Origin: an uncultured Alphaproteobacteria bacterium
GTDB lineage: Bacteria; Pseudomonadota; Alphaproteobacteria; Rhizobiales; Beijerinckiaceae
NCBI GenBank assembly: GCA_963805295.1
Contig: CAWDTW010000055.1
Span: 55,383-119,382 of the forward strand
DNA length: 64,000 nucleotides
Reading direction: 5' to 3'
Made by a program: the position numbers and the translations under genes. The notes beneath the pieces are model-generated. The model saw nothing but the letters and a program-made list of their open reading frames with translations, made no database searches and was not told the DNA's origin. Of this stretch, positions 41,598 through 51,654 are shown in pieces. Position 1 is the stretch's first letter, and each line of letters starts with the position of its first letter.

Positions 41598-42413
41598 ATG
41601 AGCAAGGTGATCGTAGTAACATCCGGAAAAGGCGGGGTGGGCAAAACCACCTCGACCGCCTCGATCGGCGCGGCGCTCGCCCAGAGCGGCCAGCGCGTCT
41701 GCGTCGTCGATTTCGACGTCGGACTGCGCAACCTCGACCTCGTGATGGGCGCGGAGCGGCGGGTCGTCTATGACTTCATCAACGTCGCCCAAGGGGACGC
41801 CAAGCTGACCCAGGCGCTGATCCGCGACAAGCGAGTCGACACATTGCACCTGTTGGCCGCCTCGCAGACTCGCGACAAGGACGCTCTGACGAACGAGGGG
41901 GTCGAGCGGGTCATCCGCGAACTGCGCGACAGCTTCGATTGGGTGCTCTGCGACAGCCCGGCAGGCATCGAACGAGGCGCCCTGCTGGCGATGCGATTCG
42001 CGGACCAGGCGATCGTCGTGACCAATCCGGAAATCTCGTCCGTGCGCGACTCCGACCGCATCATCGGCCTGCTCAATTCCAAGACGCGGCGCGCCGAGTG
42101 CGGCGAGCGCATGGACAAGCAATTGCTGCTCACCCGCTTCGACCCGGGCCGCTCCAGCCGCGGCGAAATGCTCGGCGTCGCCGATGTGCTCGACATCCTC
42201 TCCATCCCGCTGCTTGGGATCATTCCCGAGAGCGAGGAGATCCTTCGCGCCTCAAACCTCGGCGCTCCGGTGACGATCAACGGTTCGGCGGGCCTTGCCG
42301 GGCGCTCTTATCGCGAAGCGGCCCGCCGTCTCGCAGGCGAGACCGTGCCGATGGTGGTCCCGGACGAAAAGAAGACCCTTTTGAACCGCCTGTTCGGCCG
42401 GAGGGCCGCATGA
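41598..42413 (+). CDS. minD: Septum site-determining ATPase MinD
   Basis: [37 protein letters not shown]-terminal LLNRLFG. Confidence 0.97.
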   Translation: MSKVIVVTSGKGGVGKTTSTASIGAALAQSGQRVCVVDFDVGLRNLDLVMGAERRVVYDFINVAQGDAKLTQALIRDKRVDTLHLLAASQTRDKDALTNEGVERVIRELRDSFDWVLCDSPAGIERGALLAMRFADQAIVVTNPEISSVRDSDRIIGLLNSKTRRAECGERMDKQLLLTRFDPGRSSRGEMLGVADVLDILSIPLLGIIPESEEILRASNLGAPVTINGSAGLAGRSYREAARRLAGETVPMVVPDEKKTLLNRLFGRRAA

Positions 42414-42709
42414 GCCTGTTCAGCTTTTTCAAGGCGCGGGGGACCGCGCCGGTCGCACGCGAGCGGCTCCAGATCCTGCTCGCACACGAGCGCGTCGCGC
42501 TCGGCCCGCGCGATCTCGTCGCAATCCTGCGCGACGAGTTGCTCGCCACCATCGCACGCCACATCGAAATCGACCCGGAGAAGCTCTCGGTGAAGATGGA
42601 CCGCGCAGGCGCCTTCTCGACGCTGGAGATCGACGTCGAAATTCCATGCGACAAGATCGATCCGGGGGCTCCCCGCTGCTTCCCCCCGACCGAGGCGTCA
42701 GCGGCCTGA
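42410..42709 (+). CDS. minE: Topological specificity factor MinE
   Basis: [24 protein letters not shown]; ATGA overlap with minD. Confidence 0.95.
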   Translation: MSLFSFFKARGTAPVARERLQILLAHERVALGPRDLVAILRDELLATIARHIEIDPEKLSVKMDRAGAFSTLEIDVEIPCDKIDPGAPRCFPPTEASAA

Positions 42710-42731
42710 GGCCGCGACGCGGTGCGAACCT

Positions 42732-42794
42732 CCCCTCTCCCCGTAGGGCGTTCGCGAGAACGCCCGTCTAACGACAGGCGATGGGGAGAAGGGG
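42732..42794. repeat. REP-like nested palindrome
   Basis: CCCCTCTCCCC...GGGGAGAAGGGG enclosing the GGGCGTTC-GCGA-GAACGCCC hairpin, downstream of minE. Confidence 0.6.
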
Positions 42795-43758
42795 CGCGTC
42801 CCCTTTACGCCGTCAACGCGGCCGCTCCGTCGCCGCTCCGCCGGGCATCCCCGCGGCGACTTCCGCCGGAGGCCGCGCGGCGCGGCCGCGGCGGCGATGG
42901 CTGATGACGAGCGCGGCGAGCGTCGCGACGTAAGGCGAAATGTCGGTCAGCCGGTTCCACAGGCCCAGGCTCTGCAGGTGAATGCTGATTGAATGCCGAT
43001 CGCGTCGGCGAAATCGAAAAGGACGCAGGCCGCGGCGGCGTCGAACACCTCGGTCACGGTGGGCGTCGGGGCGGCGGTCTCAGTGATCACGCCCGCGGCG
43101 AGACGCGCAAGCGCCGCCAAGGCGAGCGCGCAACGCGCTTTGGGACGGCGGCCTCGGCGAGGGCGGTCATGAAATTTCCCCAAAGCGACGACGTGGCGGA
43201 TGTCTCGATCCGCTTGCCACAATCCGTGAACGGCGGCACTCCCAGCCTCGGTAAGGGTGTAGTATGGCGAAGGTGGGATTAGGGCCGCGCGCCGGCTATT
43301 GCCTGAATGGCTGGACGCCGCGCGGGCGGGACGAGGCCGCAACGCGGGTTGCAGGACTTTTCCCTTTATCGCGGCGGACCCGCTTCGGCCACCGACCGGA
43401 CCGCCTTGCGCTCGCGGATCGGAGAGGATCCTCGGGACGGCCGGGAAACGGGGGCAACGGTCAAATCTTCACCACCGACCGTAATTGTGCGGGTTACCGT
43501 CGCTTGGCGCCACAGGCAAAACCATCAAGGTCCCGCAGAGGAACGGTCGGAATTCGGCCCGAGCTGGCTGGAAGAATGACAAAAATACATGGAACGCACG
43601 ACATCGCGCCGGCGACCCAGCGCAGGGGCCTTCGACGGTGTACGCCGGTAGGCTCGACTCCGCTCCCGCTTTGCTGTATGAGGCCGGCCTCAACTGAAAA
43701 CAGCGCGCCGAAGCGCTCGCCGGGTCTTCTCGATCCGGCGTCACGGCAGGAGTCGAAC

Positions 43759-44193
43759 ATGAACGTCATCGAGAAGCTCGAGGCCGAGCAGGCGGCCAAA
43801 TTGCCCGGCGCTAAGATGCCGGACTTCCAGCCCGGCGACACCGTTGTCGTCAACGTGAAGGTCGCCGAGGGCGAGCGCACCCGCATCCAGGCCTACGAGG
43901 GCGTCTGCATCGCGCGCAGCGGCGGGGGCTTGAACGAGAACTTCACCGTGCGCAAGATTTCCTACGGCGAAGGGGTCGAGCGCGTCTTCCCCGTCTATTC
44001 GCCGATGATCAACTCGGTCAAGGTCCTGCGCCGGGGCAAAGTGCGCCGCGCCAAGCTCTACTACCTGCGCGATCGCCGCGGCAAGTCGGCGCGCATCGCC
44101 GAGCGCACGGACAGCGCCCCAGGCAAGGATAGCGCCGCGGGCAAGGACAGCGCCGCGGGCAAGGACGCCGGCAAAGAGACCGGCAAGTCGTGA
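43759..44193 (+). CDS. rplS: 50S ribosomal protein L19
   Basis: [50 protein letters not shown]. Confidence 0.98.
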   Translation: MNVIEKLEAEQAAKLPGAKMPDFQPGDTVVVNVKVAEGERTRIQAYEGVCIARSGGGLNENFTVRKISYGEGVERVFPVYSPMINSVKVLRRGKVRRAKLYYLRDRRGKSARIAERTDSAPGKDSAAGKDSAAGKDAGKETGKS

Positions 44194-44241
44194 GACTTTC
44201 GCCCGCAGGTCGCGGGCGAAGTTTTTTCGGAGGGGAACATC

Positions 44242-44481
44242 ATAACAGGAGCCGTCGTCGCCCAGAGGGGGCCGTACGCGAAGGACCTCGAAGCGGGCAA
44301 GACCTATTACTGGTGCGCCTGCGGCAGGTCGGCGGACCAGCCGTTGTGCGACGGATCGCACAAGGCCGTCGGCATGGCGCCCGCCGCCTTCACCGCCGAG
44401 AAGACCGGAACCGCCTGGCTCTGCGGCTGCAAGCATTCCAGCGACGCGCCCTTCTGCGACGGCACGCACAAGAGCCTGTGA
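44242..44481 (+). CDS. Double CDGSH iron-sulfur protein (apparent ATA start; absent from ORF track)
   Basis: WCACGRSADQPLCDGSHK and LCGCKHSSDAPFCDGTHK; GGAGGGG RBS before ATA. Confidence 0.85.
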   Translation: MTGAVVAQRGPYAKDLEAGKTYYWCACGRSADQPLCDGSHKAVGMAPAAFTAEKTGTAWLCGCKHSSDAPFCDGTHKSL

Positions 44482-44548
44482 GCGGACGCGTCACCCAAGC
44501 GCGAAGGCCGGCGCTCCCGCCGGCCTTTTGCGTTTTCGGGCGCGCGGC

Positions 44549-46774
44549 ATGACGGACGACCCGACCGTCGTCGTCGATGTGCTCGTCCCGGTCGCGGTCG
44601 ACACCGCCTACAGCTATCGCGCGCCCGCCGAGCTGAAGCTCGAGCCGGGAGCCTGCGTCGACGTCCCGCTCGGGACGCGCCATGCGACCGGCGTCGTCTG
44701 GGCCTTGCGGGAAGGCGGCGGCGACAATCTCAAATCGGTGGCGGCGATCCGCGACTGGCCGCCGCTCAAAAAACCCTTGCGCGACTTCATCGACTGGGTG
44801 GCGCGCTGGACGCTCAGCCCCCGCGGCATGGTGCTGCGGATGGCGATCCGAGCCCATGAGATTGTCGAGCCTCCAGCGCCGAAATTCGGCGTCGCGGCGA
44901 CCGGCAAGCCGCCCTCGCGGATGACGGACGCGCGCGCCCGGGTTCTTGCCGCGCTTCAAGGCGCCGAGGCGCCGCTCGCCAAATCCGCTCTCGCCGAGCG
45001 CGCCGAATGCTCGACGAGCGTGATCGACGGCCTCATCGAGGACGGGGCGCTCGCCGCCGTCGCGCTCGCGCCGGAGCGGATCGCCGCCGACCTCGACCCG
45101 GACTTCCGCCCGCCTCTCCTCAACGACGACCAGCGGCCCGCGGCGGACGATCTCGCCGCCCGCGTCGCCGAGCGCGCCTTTTCCGCGACCCTGCTCGAAG
45201 GCGTGACCGGGTCGGGCAAGACGGAAGTCTATTTCGAGGCCGTCGCCGAGGCGTTGCGGGCCGGCCGGCAGGCGCTCGTGCTGCTTCCCGAGATCGCGCT
45301 GACCGCCCAGTTCCTCGACCGCTTCGCCGCGCGCTTCGGCGCGCGCCCCGCCGAGTGGCATTCGGGGCTGACCGAGCGCCAGCGCGAGCGGGTCTGGGGG
45401 GCGGCTGCGAGCGGCGAGGCGCGGGTCGTGGTCGGGGCGCGCTCGGCCCTCTTCCTGCCCTTCGCCGATCTCGGCCTCATCGTCGTCGACGAGGAGCACG
45501 AGGGCGCCTACAAGCAGGAGGACGGCGTCGTCTACAACGCGCGCGACATGGCGGTGGTGCGCGCGCGTCTCGAAAAGGCGGCGATCGCGCTCGCCTCCGC
45601 CACGCCCGCGCTCGAGACGCGGGTCAACGCCGTGACCGGCCGCTATCGCTGGCTGCGCCTGCCCTCGCGCTTCGGCGCGGCGAGCCTGCCCGACATCGCG
45701 ACCGTGGACCTGAAGCGCGAGGGCCCGCCGCGCGGGGGTTGGCTGTCGCCGAAGGCGATCCTCGGCGTGGAGACGGCGCGAGAACGCGGCGAGCAGGCGC
45801 TCCTCTTCCTCAACCGGCGCGGCTATGCGCCGCTCACCCTCTGCCGCTCCTGCGGGCATCGGTTCGAATGCCCCAACTGCTCGGCCTGGCTGGTCGAGCA
45901 CCGCTTCCGCGCCGCGCTCGTCTGCCACCACTGCGGCCATGCCGAGGCGCGGCCGAAACTGTGCCCGGAATGCCACGACGTCGACAGCCTCACCGCCTGC
46001 GGGCCGGGGGTCGAGCGGCTCGCCGAGGAGGCGGCGCTCCTTTTCCCCGACGTGCGCACGCTCGTGCTGTCCTCCGATTTTCCCGGCGGGATCGAGACCC
46101 TGCGCCGCCAGCTCGACGCCGCGGCGAACGGCGAATTCGATCTCATCATCGGCACCCAGCTCGTCGCCAAGGGCCACAATTTTCCGCTGCTCACCTTCGT
46201 CTGCGTCGTCGACGCCGACGTCGGCCTCGCCAACGCCGATCCGCGCGCGGCCGAGCGCACCTTCCAGCTCCTGCGCCAGGCGACGGGCCGGGCCGGACGC
46301 GGCGACAAGGCCGGGCGGGCGCTGCTGCAGACTTGGCAGCCCGAGCATCCGGTCATCGCCGCGCTCGTTTCGGGCGACGCCGAGCGCTTCTACCGCGAGG
46401 AGACCGAACAGCGCCGCATCGGCGGCCTGCCGCCGTTCGGACGGCTCGCCGCCATCATCGTCTCGGCGGAGGACAAGGGTGCGGCGGAGGCGCACGCTCG
46501 CGCGCTGGCCCGCGCGGCGCACGCCATGCCGCAAGGCAAGGGCTGGCGGGTCGCCCCGCTCGGCGGGCATCCGCAAGGCGACGAAATCACCCTGCTCGGC
46601 CCCGCCGAGGCGCCGATCGCCGTCCTCCGCAAGCGCCACCGCTTCCGCCTCGCCGCCAAGGCGCCGCGCTCCTCCGACCTGCAGGGTTTTTTGCGCGCGC
46701 TGCTGGCGGCGGCCCCGCCGCTGCGCGGCGGGGTGAGGGTGGCGATCGACGTCGATCCGCAGAGTTTTCTGTGA
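44549..46774 (+). CDS. priA: Primosomal helicase PriA
   Basis: GVTGSGKTEVY, DEEH, four CxxC pairs, GTQLVAKG, GRAGR, IDVDPQSFL. Confidence 0.97.
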   Translation: MTDDPTVVVDVLVPVAVDTAYSYRAPAELKLEPGACVDVPLGTRHATGVVWALREGGGDNLKSVAAIRDWPPLKKPLRDFIDWVARWTLSPRGMVLRMAIRAHEIVEPPAPKFGVAATGKPPSRMTDARARVLAALQGAEAPLAKSALAERAECSTSVIDGLIEDGALAAVALAPERIAADLDPDFRPPLLNDDQRPAADDLAARVAERAFSATLLEGVTGSGKTEVYFEAVAEALRAGRQALVLLPEIALTAQFLDRFAARFGARPAEWHSGLTERQRERVWGAAASGEARVVVGARSALFLPFADLGLIVVDEEHEGAYKQEDGVVYNARDMAVVRARLEKAAIALASATPALETRVNAVTGRYRWLRLPSRFGAASLPDIATVDLKREGPPRGGWLSPKAILGVETARERGEQALLFLNRRGYAPLTLCRSCGHRFECPNCSAWLVEHRFRAALVCHHCGHAEARPKLCPECHDVDSLTACGPGVERLAEEAALLFPDVRTLVLSSDFPGGIETLRRQLDAAANGEFDLIIGTQLVAKGHNFPLLTFVCVVDADVGLANADPRAAERTFQLLRQATGRAGRGDKAGRALLQTWQPEHPVIAALVSGDAERFYREETEQRRIGGLPPFGRLAAIIVSAEDKGAAEAHARALARAAHAMPQGKGWRVAPLGGHPQGDEITLLGPAEAPIAVLRKRHRFRLAAKAPRSSDLQGFLRALLAAAPPLRGGVRVAIDVDPQSFL

Positions 46775-47310
46775 GCCCCGCGGCGCGGGAAGGCGGGCTC
46801 CACAGGCGCGGCCGGCGAGCGCGCCCGGCGGGCCGGCCGAATCCGTCGCCTGACGAGCGATTTCAACACATTAGGCGCCAAAATCTGCAACTCACGCGAG
46901 ATGAGGCCGACCACTCTCGGAAGCCGCCGCGGACCGCGACCATTCGCCAGATCATTAATACATTTCTAATATGTTTATAATAGGATCATCGCGGCCACTC
47001 TCGCCTGGCGCATCAAATCTAGCAATTGGCGCCCGAACGCGCGTTCCCCGGAAGGGGCGAGGTTCGACCCGTAGCCCGCGTTCCTGGTCGGTCTTGGTAC
47101 GGAAGGAATGCGCCAATAGCGGTCATTCCCGGACGGCGTGGCGGGTCAAATCGACCCGGTAATGGCCCCATGGTGAAGAGCTCACCTCGCCAGGATCCAC
47201 GCCAGCGGGCGGGACGCGAATTGATGCGCAACGGGCGCATCATGCGCTATACTGCCGATGATCGGGATCATCAGCACGGCAACCCGCCTGTCTTCGAGTT
47301 GGGAGGAAGC

Positions 47311-48786
47311 ATGAGCCCGCGTCTGATCATCGTCTCAAACCGAGTCGCCGTGCCCGAGCCGGGAAATAAACAGATGGCGGGGGGGCTCGTAGTTGCGGTG
47401 AAGGCGGCGCTGAGAAACCGCACAGGCGTGTGGTTTGGCTGGAGCGGCAACATCGACGAGACGGAGACAGCGGAGCCGCGCACCGTCGAGCGCAATCATA
47501 TAACCTATGTCGTCATCGATCTGTCGAAAAATGATTTTGAGGAATATTACAACGGGCTGGCGAACCGGGTCCTGTGGCCCATCTTGCACTATCGCGTCGA
47601 TTTGCAAGAATATTCGCGCGCCGACCATTCAGGCTATATGCGCGTCAATCGCCTGTTCGCCGACAAGCTCAGCGCCTTCATCAGAGAGGACGATGTTCTT
47701 TGGGTGCACGACTATCACCTGATCCCGTTGGCGCGGGAACTGCGCGCTCGAGGGCATCTCAATCCGATCGGTTTCTTTCTGCACATCCCCTGTGCTCCGT
47801 TGGACATTCTGCGCACGTTGCCGCACCACGACGAGATTCTCGGCGCCCTTACCTACTATGACCTCGTTGGCTTTCAGACCGAGAACGATCGCGATAATTT
47901 CGCCGCCTACCTATTGACGATACCGGGCGCCCAGGCTGGGCGCAGCCTAACTTTCGAAGTAGGGGGACGCCAGACCCGTATCGGCGCATTTCCAGTCAGC
48001 ATCGAGACCGCCACTTACGCGCGGCTCGCGCGCAATGCCGCTCGTTCGCCACTCGCCAAGGAAATTAGGGAGAGCCTCAACGGGCTGCGTCTCGTGCTCG
48101 GCGTCGACCGGCTCGATTATTCCAAGGGCATCATCCAACGCATCAACGCTTTCGACCGTTTTCTCGAAGTCAATCCAGAGTGGCGATCACGCGTCACCCT
48201 GTTGCAGATCACGCCAAGGAGCCGGTCCGACATCAAGGACTACGCCGCGATCGAAAATGAAGTGACGACGCTGATCGGCAGAGTCAACGGCCGTTATGGC
48301 GAGGCGTCCTGGACGCCGATACGCTATGTCAATCGTTCCCATTCACGCGCCGCGCTCTCGGGCATCTATCGCGCGGCCGATGTCGCGCTGGTTACGCCGC
48401 TTCGTGACGGGATGAACCTCGTCGCCAAGGAATATGTCGCGGCGCAGGATGCGGAGAATCCTGGGGTGCTTGTGCTTTCGCAATTTGCCGGGGCGGCGGC
48501 GGAACTCACCGGGGCGCTGATCGTCAATCCACACGAGAGCGAGGGCGTGGCCGCGGCGCTGAAGCGCGCGTTGGGAATGCCATTGTTCGAGCGGCGCGAA
48601 CGCCACAGCCCCATGCTGGAACATCTCTTGGTCCATGACATCGAACACTGGGCGAGAAGCTATCTTTCCGCGCTCGCGGAGACGCGGCAGCGCCCAAGCT
48701 TGATGAGCGATCTGCGCGCATTCCTCAGCCCGTCGAGGTCGCCGACTGATGGGCGCGCTACCACAGACGCACGCAGACAAGCCTGA
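47311..48786 (+). CDS. otsA: Trehalose-6-phosphate synthase
   Basis: [43 protein letters not shown]. Confidence 0.95.
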   Translation: MSPRLIIVSNRVAVPEPGNKQMAGGLVVAVKAALRNRTGVWFGWSGNIDETETAEPRTVERNHITYVVIDLSKNDFEEYYNGLANRVLWPILHYRVDLQEYSRADHSGYMRVNRLFADKLSAFIREDDVLWVHDYHLIPLARELRARGHLNPIGFFLHIPCAPLDILRTLPHHDEILGALTYYDLVGFQTENDRDNFAAYLLTIPGAQAGRSLTFEVGGRQTRIGAFPVSIETATYARLARNAARSPLAKEIRESLNGLRLVLGVDRLDYSKGIIQRINAFDRFLEVNPEWRSRVTLLQITPRSRSDIKDYAAIENEVTTLIGRVNGRYGEASWTPIRYVNRSHSRAALSGIYRAADVALVTPLRDGMNLVAKEYVAAQDAENPGVLVLSQFAGAAAELTGALIVNPHESEGVAAALKRALGMPLFERRERHSPMLEHLLVHDIEHWARSYLSALAETRQRPSLMSDLRAFLSPSRSPTDGRATTDARRQA

Positions 48787-48889
48787 GGGCGGCTATGTCA
48801 GAGTAACGGCAGGTCGTCTATGTGTGGCGCAGATGGCGGCATCAGTCCCGCCCAACGTCCCGACGACAACAGCCTACCCGCACTGAGCA

Positions 48890-49130
48890 GGCTCACAAGC
48901 AGCTGATCGATCAGAGCCGCGCGTTTCCCCACCAATCGGTCTCTCGATCGATGCACCGTCTGCATGTCGAGCTGGTCCTGGCTCTTCAATTCAACGAACC
49001 GCATCGTCGGGCCCGTCGCCGCCTCGGCAATCCCTTCGGCGTCGCGATCGTCGTTCTTCTGAGCCTGATGTACGGCCGGACATATTCGGGCGACATCAGC
49101 TCGACTGGGGCGCCCAACGCGCCGCGCTCG
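48890..49130 (-). mobile_element. IS110-family transposase remnant
   Basis: LMSPEYVRPY..QKNDDRDAEGIAEAATGPTMRFVELKSQDQLDMQ..RDRLV. Confidence 0.8.
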
Positions 49131-49212
49131 AGTCCGCCTAACCGCGTCCCAACCCGGGTCCAACTGGCGGTCTCACGCTCGAGGATTCGTTGTCCTGCGG
49201 ACGGACGTCCGC

Positions 49213-49506
49213 TCAGACGCTCTTCATTCTGTTCATGATGAAGCCGACGATCGCGGTCACGATGGCCCCCGACACGCCGCCGCCAACGAGCTGGCCGACC
49301 CAGGCGCCAATATCCATGCCGCCCGTGCCTGCGAGCATCGGAACGAGCGAGGTCAACAGCGATCCGCCGGCAATGCCGCCAACAGCGCCGGCGATCGAAT
49401 TTCCACCGGTTCCGAGGCTCACGTTGTTGGCCGCCGCGCCAACGGCGTTGCCGCCGATCGCGCCAGCGACCAGTTGGATAAAGAGGTTGATGAGCGTCCC
49501 TGACAA
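49213..49506 (-). CDS. Small glycine-rich membrane protein
   Basis: IQLVAGAIGGNAVG..GNSIAGAVGGIAGG..VGGGVSGAIVTAIVGFI; TTG start after GAGGAG. Confidence 0.75.
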   Translation of the reverse strand: MSGTLINLFIQLVAGAIGGNAVGAAANNVSLGTGGNSIAGAVGGIAGGSLLTSLVPMLAGTGGMDIGAWVGQLVGGGVSGAIVTAIVGFIMNRMKSV

Positions 49507-50238
49507 TTTTTCTCTCCTCTTGGCGATCAAGTCGCCGATGCAATTTTCGCGATCGCCACCGCGATTCAGTCTTGCGCTGTGGCAATCGTTTCTGGGTAAT
49601 TTCTACATCATGGCTACGGTATTTTCAATCGCTCTTTCTTTGGGAACCGCTCTGCCGATGTCGAAGTCCATGTCGAAACAACAATATCCGTTTGTGAGGA
49701 GATTTTAGCGGAGCGGCGGGTGCAGGACGGTCGCAGCGGCGAGGGGCTAATGGACCTGCAGCGTGCGCATTTGTGTCAATTGTCCCGCGCGAATGACACG
49801 GGGTTTAACCGAAGGGCTCGTGTATTCGACCAAAGTCGTAGGAAATTTGACCTATCGCAAAACGATCGCCCGACTAGGCGGCTAAGTTTCCTCGGCGGGG
49901 AGGAGGAGGCGTCGATGTTGCGACGCGCGATCGGCCATAAGGCGCGAGGGCCGCCGCAGTGGCATTTGATCGTCACCCAGGTGAGGGAGTACCGCTGGAC
50001 CGAAATCGACCCGGGTGTTCATACGCGTGAAGGAGAGCATCCGCTCGAAGCCATGATGCATTGGCCGATCCGGCAGAGAGGCTCAGAACCCTTCGCTGCC
50101 GGCGGAAATCTCTTCTCGACGATAACCCGTCGTCGGGTTGAGGGTTTTCGGTTTGGGACCTGCGGCGCCCCTAGGACGCGATCCGGGAGCGACGCGTCAG
50201 TGCGGAGTATCGGCTCGATATTTTTCTGGGCCATTCCG

Positions 50239-50469
50239 ATGGATTTGACACGAAAGAGGCGAATATATGATCTGAATAAGCCCGAGGACCGCGTCTACTT
50301 GCTCAACCGCGGCTTCGTTTGGGCGGTGATCTATCCGCACGGAGAGAAGCGAGGAAAGCTAATCTCCGCCCATCGGGATGAGAAAGGCGTGAAATTCATC
50401 TTGAACTATTTGAAGGACGTCAAGGTTGATGTAGTCAAAATTGCCGAGTACCCCGATAACCTAAGTTGA
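50239..50469 (+). CDS. Hypothetical protein (76 aa, lower GC)
   Basis: MDLTRKRRIYDLNKPEDRVYLLNRGFVWAVIYP...; protein-like composition only. Confidence 0.45.
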   Translation: MDLTRKRRIYDLNKPEDRVYLLNRGFVWAVIYPHGEKRGKLISAHRDEKGVKFILNYLKDVKVDVVKIAEYPDNLS

Positions 50470-50500
50470 CTACGCTGAAGTTCCCTGTCGTCCTTCTACG

Positions 50501-50555
50501 ATGTTGATCGCGGCCGGGCCGACCGGCGTCGGCAAGAGTTGGATCGCCTGTTCCC
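50501..50555 (+). mobile_element. IstB-like (IS21) Walker A remnant
   Basis: GPTGVGKSWIAC. Confidence 0.5.
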
Positions 50556-50584
50556 GTGGCTCGGGCTTTGGAGGCGGCGATCTG

Positions 50585-51135
50585 CGGGTTCCGATCGAGG
50601 GCGCCATCGTCACCATCGACGCGATCGGGACGCAAAAGGCTATCGCCAAGAAAATCATCGACAAGGGCGCTGATTACCTTCTCGCGCTGAACGAGAACCA
50701 GGGCTCGCTTCACGCCGATGTCGCGGATTTCTTCGCCGATCCGGCGCTCGCTTCGGCTTGCCTCGAATGCTGGCTGAGCGACGCCGGACACGGGCGGATC
50801 GAGGAAGGAAAGGCCCGGGTAGCCGACGCGGCTTGGCTCGCCGAGCGGCATCCGCAATGGTGGGCTTGCGCTCCATCGCCGCGATCATCGCGACACGAAC
50901 CGACAAGAAAACCGGCGAAGCCTCTACCGAAACGCGCCTCTATATCTCGTCGGTGCCGCCCGATCCGGCGTCCATCCTTGGCGCTTGCCGGTCGCATTGG
51001 AGCATCGAAAACAACCTGCATTGGCAGCTCGACGTCACCTTCCGCGAGGATGAATGCCGAACCCGCAAGGATCATGTGGCGACCAACCTGGCCGCGATGC
51101 GGCGCGCAACGCTCAACCTTCTCAGCCGCGAGCCC
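50585..51135 (+). mobile_element. ISAs1-family transposase remnant
   Basis: GAIVTIDAIGTQKAIA..ADYLLAL..NQ, GHGRIE, RSHWSIENNLHWQLDVTFRED. Confidence 0.88.
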
Positions 51136-51219
51136 TCCGTCGCAAGGTTCGCCCTGAAAACGACGGGAACTGCAGAAACCTGCGCCAGTTGAAGGCCGGG
51201 CCGCTGTTGCAAAATCCTC

Positions 51220-51654
51220 TCAGGGGCGCCTCGCCCGCGCCGCCCTGGCCGCCTCGACGGAGACCGCGTCGCCATAAGCGTTGCCGAAATGGGTGCGGAC
51301 GTAATTGATCACGTCCGCGACCTGCTGATCGCTCATCATGCCGCCGACCGGCGGCATGCCCCCGAGCCCCTGGAACAGGACCTGCAGCACATAGTCGGCC
51401 GAAGCCAGCTCTCTGTTCCCGGCGAGGGCCGGATAGGCGCCGGCGGCGCCCTTCGCGTCGGACAGGTGGCAGGCGGCGCAGACGTTGGCGTAGATCGCGG
51501 CGCCGCCCTGTTCGGCAAATGTTTGCCCGGGGCTCAGGAAAGGACTTTCCGCCGCAGGCTCCTGAGCTGCCGCCGCCGTGATGAGCGCGACGCCGGCGCA
51601 GGGCGTCAGGGCGAACCTCCAAAATCGCCCGCGCATGCCGGTCGCGTCGGTCAC
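51220..51654 (-). CDS. Periplasmic monoheme c-type cytochrome
   Basis: Signal peptide, CAACH, YPALAGN, GMPP, VINYVRTHFGN; GTGA overlap with the oxidase gene. Confidence 0.9.
   Translation of the reverse strand: MTDATGMRGRFWRFALTPCAGVALITAAAAQEPAAESPFLSPGQTFAEQGGAAIYANVCAACHLSDAKGAAGAYPALAGNRELASADYVLQVLFQGLGGMPPVGGMMSDQQVADVINYVRTHFGNAYGDAVSVEAARAARARRP

Noticed and set aside
42947-43342. 131-aa minus-strand ORF upstream of rplS
   Set aside because: No recognisable motif or RBS; could be a degraded gene but cannot be supported.
43505-43560. CACAGGCAAAACC resembling a c-di-GMP-I riboswitch
   Set aside because: The GAAA-capped P2 stem and the conserved P3 elements could not be found.
51193-51218. 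GCTGTTGCAAAATCC resembling an IS5/IS1182-type terminal repeat
   Set aside because: No partner end or matching transposase in the window.
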